In this document: one piece after another, positions 61,327 through 64,000 of the stretch | How the letters are laid out: the number at the start of each line of letters is the position of its first letter | Position numbering within the stretch: position 1 is the stretch's first letter | Source of the DNA: Polyangiaceae bacterium | Lineage (GTDB): Bacteria > Myxococcota_A > Polyangia > Polyangiales > Polyangiaceae | Assembly: GCA_033763455.1 (NCBI GenBank) | Contig: JANRKO010000006.1 | Coordinates: 480,001 to 544,000, forward strand | Direction: 5' to 3' | DNA length: 64,000 nucleotides | Program-made: the position numbers and the translations under genes | Notes under the pieces: model-generated | Seen by the model: the letters and a program-made list of their open reading frames with translations, nothing else | Told to the model about the DNA's origin: nothing | The model's database searches: none

Positions 61327-62610
61327 ATGCTGGGAACAGCCAAGGGTCGCGTGCCGTACGCGTTGGGCGTCTACTTAGCGACGACATTAAGTTTCCTCGT
61401 CTTCGCTGCGCCCGAGACCCTGTCAGCGCACACCCCGTACAACCACTTTGCGCTTCTGGCAGAGGCTTGGTTGAAGGGGAACTGGGCACTTTCCGGCGCG
61501 CCACCGGATTATGCGGGGCGCAACGATTTCGCATGGTTCGCAGGGCAGTGGTACGTCGTGTTTCCCCCGTTTCCAGCGGTTATATTGTTGCCGTTTGTGT
61601 GGCTTTTTGGAACCGCCGAGCGCCTTGCGGATGGGCACGTATTTCTTTGGCTCGCAGGGCTCGCGCCAGCTTACCTTTACTGTGCGCTTGAGAAAATGCG
61701 TGAGCTAGGGCTCTGCCAGAGGAGCCGCGTTGAGAACATGTTGCTCTCGCTGACGTTCGCGTGGGGCACGGTGTATTTCTTCACGGCAGTTCAAGGCACT
61801 GTTTGGTTTGCCGCCCACGTGGTGGGTAGTGCTCTTTCTGCGGGGTACTTCTATTGCGCCCTGGGAGCGGCGCGCCCGCTGCTTTCTGGGATCCTGCTGG
61901 GGCTTGGTTTTCTCACGCGCACACCGTTGGTGTTTGCGTTCCCGCTCTTTTTGTTTGAGGCCTACCGTGTGTCCCTGGAGCCGGGGCGGGGATTGATCCG
62001 GAGTGCGTTCGGCAAGCGGCTGGCTTGGTTCTTGGCGCCCCTTGCCCTCTCTGTTGCGATCGCCCTGCTCTACAATCGTGAGCGTTTTGGCCACGCACTC
62101 AGCTTTGGTTATGAATACTTGCAGATAGCCTGGCAAGCTCGAATCCAGCGCCACGGGCTATTCGGGTACCACTACCTCGCCCGGAACCTTGGCGTCGTGT
62201 TGACGAGTTTGCCATACTGGACGGGGCAAGCGGAGGCACCGTTCCAGATTAACGGACACGGGCTCGCCCTCTGGGTCACAACCCCAATCTACGTTTGGGC
62301 ATTTCTCGGTCGCGGAAGAGCCAAGCTCCGTCGCGCCTTGTGGCTCACGGTGCTTTGTGTTGCCCTCCCCAGCTTGCTCTATCAAAACACCGGCTGGGTG
62401 CAGTTCGGCTACCGCTTCTCGAATGACTACGCGGTGTTCTTGTTTGGCTTGTTGGCACTTTTTAGGCCACGCCTGGGGCGAGTTTTCTGGTCATTGGCCC
62501 TCTTTGGAGTGCTTTTGAACGCCCTTGGCGCCAGGACCTTTGGGCGCGCTCAGTTTGCCGCCTACTACGACATCGAACGCACCCAAACGCGGCTCTATCA
62601 AGCTGACTGA
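61327..62610 (+). CDS. Polytopic membrane protein, possible GT-C-fold glycosyltransferase
   Basis: About 10 TM segments; FPPFPA, YNRERFG, QFGYRFSNDY; start 61300 or 61327. Confidence 0.7.
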   Translation: MLGTAKGRVPYALGVYLATTLSFLVFAAPETLSAHTPYNHFALLAEAWLKGNWALSGAPPDYAGRNDFAWFAGQWYVVFPPFPAVILLPFVWLFGTAERLADGHVFLWLAGLAPAYLYCALEKMRELGLCQRSRVENMLLSLTFAWGTVYFFTAVQGTVWFAAHVVGSALSAGYFYCALGAARPLLSGILLGLGFLTRTPLVFAFPLFLFEAYRVSLEPGRGLIRSAFGKRLAWFLAPLALSVAIALLYNRERFGHALSFGYEYLQIAWQARIQRHGLFGYHYLARNLGVVLTSLPYWTGQAEAPFQINGHGLALWVTTPIYVWAFLGRGRAKLRRALWLTVLCVALPSLLYQNTGWVQFGYRFSNDYAVFLFGLLALFRPRLGRVFWSLALFGVLLNALGARTFGRAQFAAYYDIERTQTRLYQAD

Positions 62611-63396
62611 TTACTTGCGTCGGATCGTTACCTTGTTGATCTTTGGCGGGGTCACCGGGCGTTCTCCGGTCACGGGTACACTCGCCAGTTTTTCAACCAG
62701 CGAATCCGGCCCACAGCTTCCAAAAATTGTGTAGCCACTGTCTAGGTGGCGTGCAGCTGCATCCATAATGAAAAACTGCGCGCCGTTGGTGTTCGGCCCG
62801 CGGTTGGCCATACACAACAGCCCGCGCCTGTCGTGCGCGGCGCCGGGCCAAACTTCATCCTGGAAGACGTAGCCGGGCTCGCCGGCACCAGTGCCGAGGG
62901 GATCACCGCCTTGGATCATGAAGCCTTTGATAATGCGATGAAAGATGGTGCCATCGTAAAGCGGGCGTTTAACCCAGGTGCCGTCGGGCGCCTTCCAGGG
63001 GCGAATGCCGCGCGCTAGCCCGATGAAATTGGCAACGGTGATCGGGGCTTTGTCGTCATAGAGCTCACACGAAAGCTTGCCTAACGAGGTGTCGATGTCG
63101 GCCACGAGCTTTCCGCTTCCTTTGAGCCCCTGGGTGGCGTCCGCTAGCGAGAATTTCCCCGCCAGCGGGTCTCCACCGGGAGAGGGTGCTGGCTGAGAAT
63201 CTGCCGTTGTTGCCGGCGCAGTGTTAGCGGGAGCTTCTGCTTGGCTGACTTCTGGTGTCGCCGTGGGGGTCGCTTCCGGCGTGGCGCTTTGCTTTTGCGA
63301 ATCAGCTGTGGGGGCCGGTTCTTCGTAACGAGATTTGCACCCAACGAGTGCCAGAGTTGTTGCCAGGGCCAGGGGGAGGGCGGTGAGCTTTCGCAT
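62611..63396 (-). CDS. Cyclophilin-type peptidyl-prolyl isomerase lipoprotein
   Basis: Lipobox LVGC, APITVANF, FHRIIKGFMIQGGDP, MANRGPNTNGAQFF. Confidence 0.95.
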   Translation of the reverse strand: MRKLTALPLALATTLALVGCKSRYEEPAPTADSQKQSATPEATPTATPEVSQAEAPANTAPATTADSQPAPSPGGDPLAGKFSLADATQGLKGSGKLVADIDTSLGKLSCELYDDKAPITVANFIGLARGIRPWKAPDGTWVKRPLYDGTIFHRIIKGFMIQGGDPLGTGAGEPGYVFQDEVWPGAAHDRRGLLCMANRGPNTNGAQFFIMDAAARHLDSGYTIFGSCGPDSLVEKLASVPVTGERPVTPPKINKVTIRRK

Positions 63397-63585
63397 AATG
63401 GGCAACCTTTTCCGATAAACCGCACTAAAGCGCAAGTTTGAGGGGCCCGGAGGTGCTGCGCCAGGGATCTCCCTTGGGTCCGCGTCGATGGGTGTCGATG
63501 CCCGAGGAGTGGTTTAGTTCTGTGCGAGGCCTTGACGGGGTATTTGCCGTGCCGCGCTTTCTCACATCGGTTATGCTGCAAGGCG

Positions 63586-64000
63586 ATGGCGTTTCGAATT
63601 TTGGTGGGAGCCACTCTAGGCGCTGGGCTTGGGCTGTTCGGCTGCGGCGGCCATGCCACGTATATCGGTGGTGAAGGTGGCACGGCGGGAGCGCCAGGTT
63701 CTGGTGGTGCCACTTCGGGCGATGACCCCGGCAAAGGTTCTGGTGGAACATTTGTGGGAGAGCCGATGGGGCCTGGTGTGAGCACGTACAAGGACCCTGT
63801 GTGCCCCATGTTGCCGAAGCCGCTGCCGGATTTTCTTTGCGATCCCATCCAGGGTACCGGGTGTGAATCTGGAATGGCGTGTTATCCGTACCTCATTTAC
63901 GCGGCTGATGCTTCCGGGTGCGGTCAAGAGCTTTCGGGGACCAATTGTGCGGCTGAGGGGAAGATCCCAGCGGGGGAGGAATGTGGCACTGAGCTTGGCC
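63586..64000 (+). CDS. Gly/Cys-rich lipoprotein (partial, runs off right edge)
   Basis: Hand translation MAFRILVGATLGAGLGLFGCGG..., Gly-rich linker, CDPIQGTGCESGMACYPY. Confidence 0.75.
   Translation, partial: MAFRILVGATLGAGLGLFGCGGHATYIGGEGGTAGAPGSGGATSGDDPGKGSGGTFVGEPMGPGVSTYKDPVCPMLPKPLPDFLCDPIQGTGCESGMACYPYLIYAADASGCGQELSGTNCAAEGKIPAGEECGTELG

Noticed and set aside
63144..63848. 234-aa minus-strand Pro-rich ORF
   Set aside because: Antisense of the Gly-rich lipoprotein and overlaps the cyclophilin gene

Overview
GC-rich bacterial chromosome window whose gene content points to Myxococcota, probably Polyangiaceae-like (MglC-like roadblock protein, FHA-sigma54 activator, giant kinase-TPR protein, Cys-rich lipoproteins); the taxonomy is an inference. 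Housekeeping blocks: B12-dependent methylmalonyl-CoA mutase with meaB and an epimerase-like gene; mglC-aroQ-accB-accC-meaB2; gyrA-nth; bamA; parC-parE; def; yceD-rpmF-fabD-fabG-acpP-fabF-nrdR-ribD. Accessory or decaying patches lie at about 30.2-35 kb (toxin-antitoxin relics, Uma2, vapBC, gene fragments), 36-43 kb (regulators, oxidoreductases) and 50.6-55.1 kb (truncated lnt, frameshifted secreted-protein genes, AAA-DUF4143). I recognised no rRNA, tRNA, CRISPR array, transposase or integrase. Most notable observations: (1) three signalling proteins that appear catalytically dead (EAD-like/pseudokinase/TPR protein, bEBP lacking GAFTGA, FHA-fused CpaF-like pseudo-ATPase); (2) a 43-50 kb cluster of FHA, MerR-TPR and small uncharacterised genes containing a 38-bp tandem array, palindromes and a G4 motif, the best candidate for an undescribed regulatory module; (3) a 101-nt gyrA/nth overlap that is acidic in one frame and basic in the other; (4) a TANNNT box 6-10 nt before at least 12 start codons, suggesting widespread leaderless transcription.
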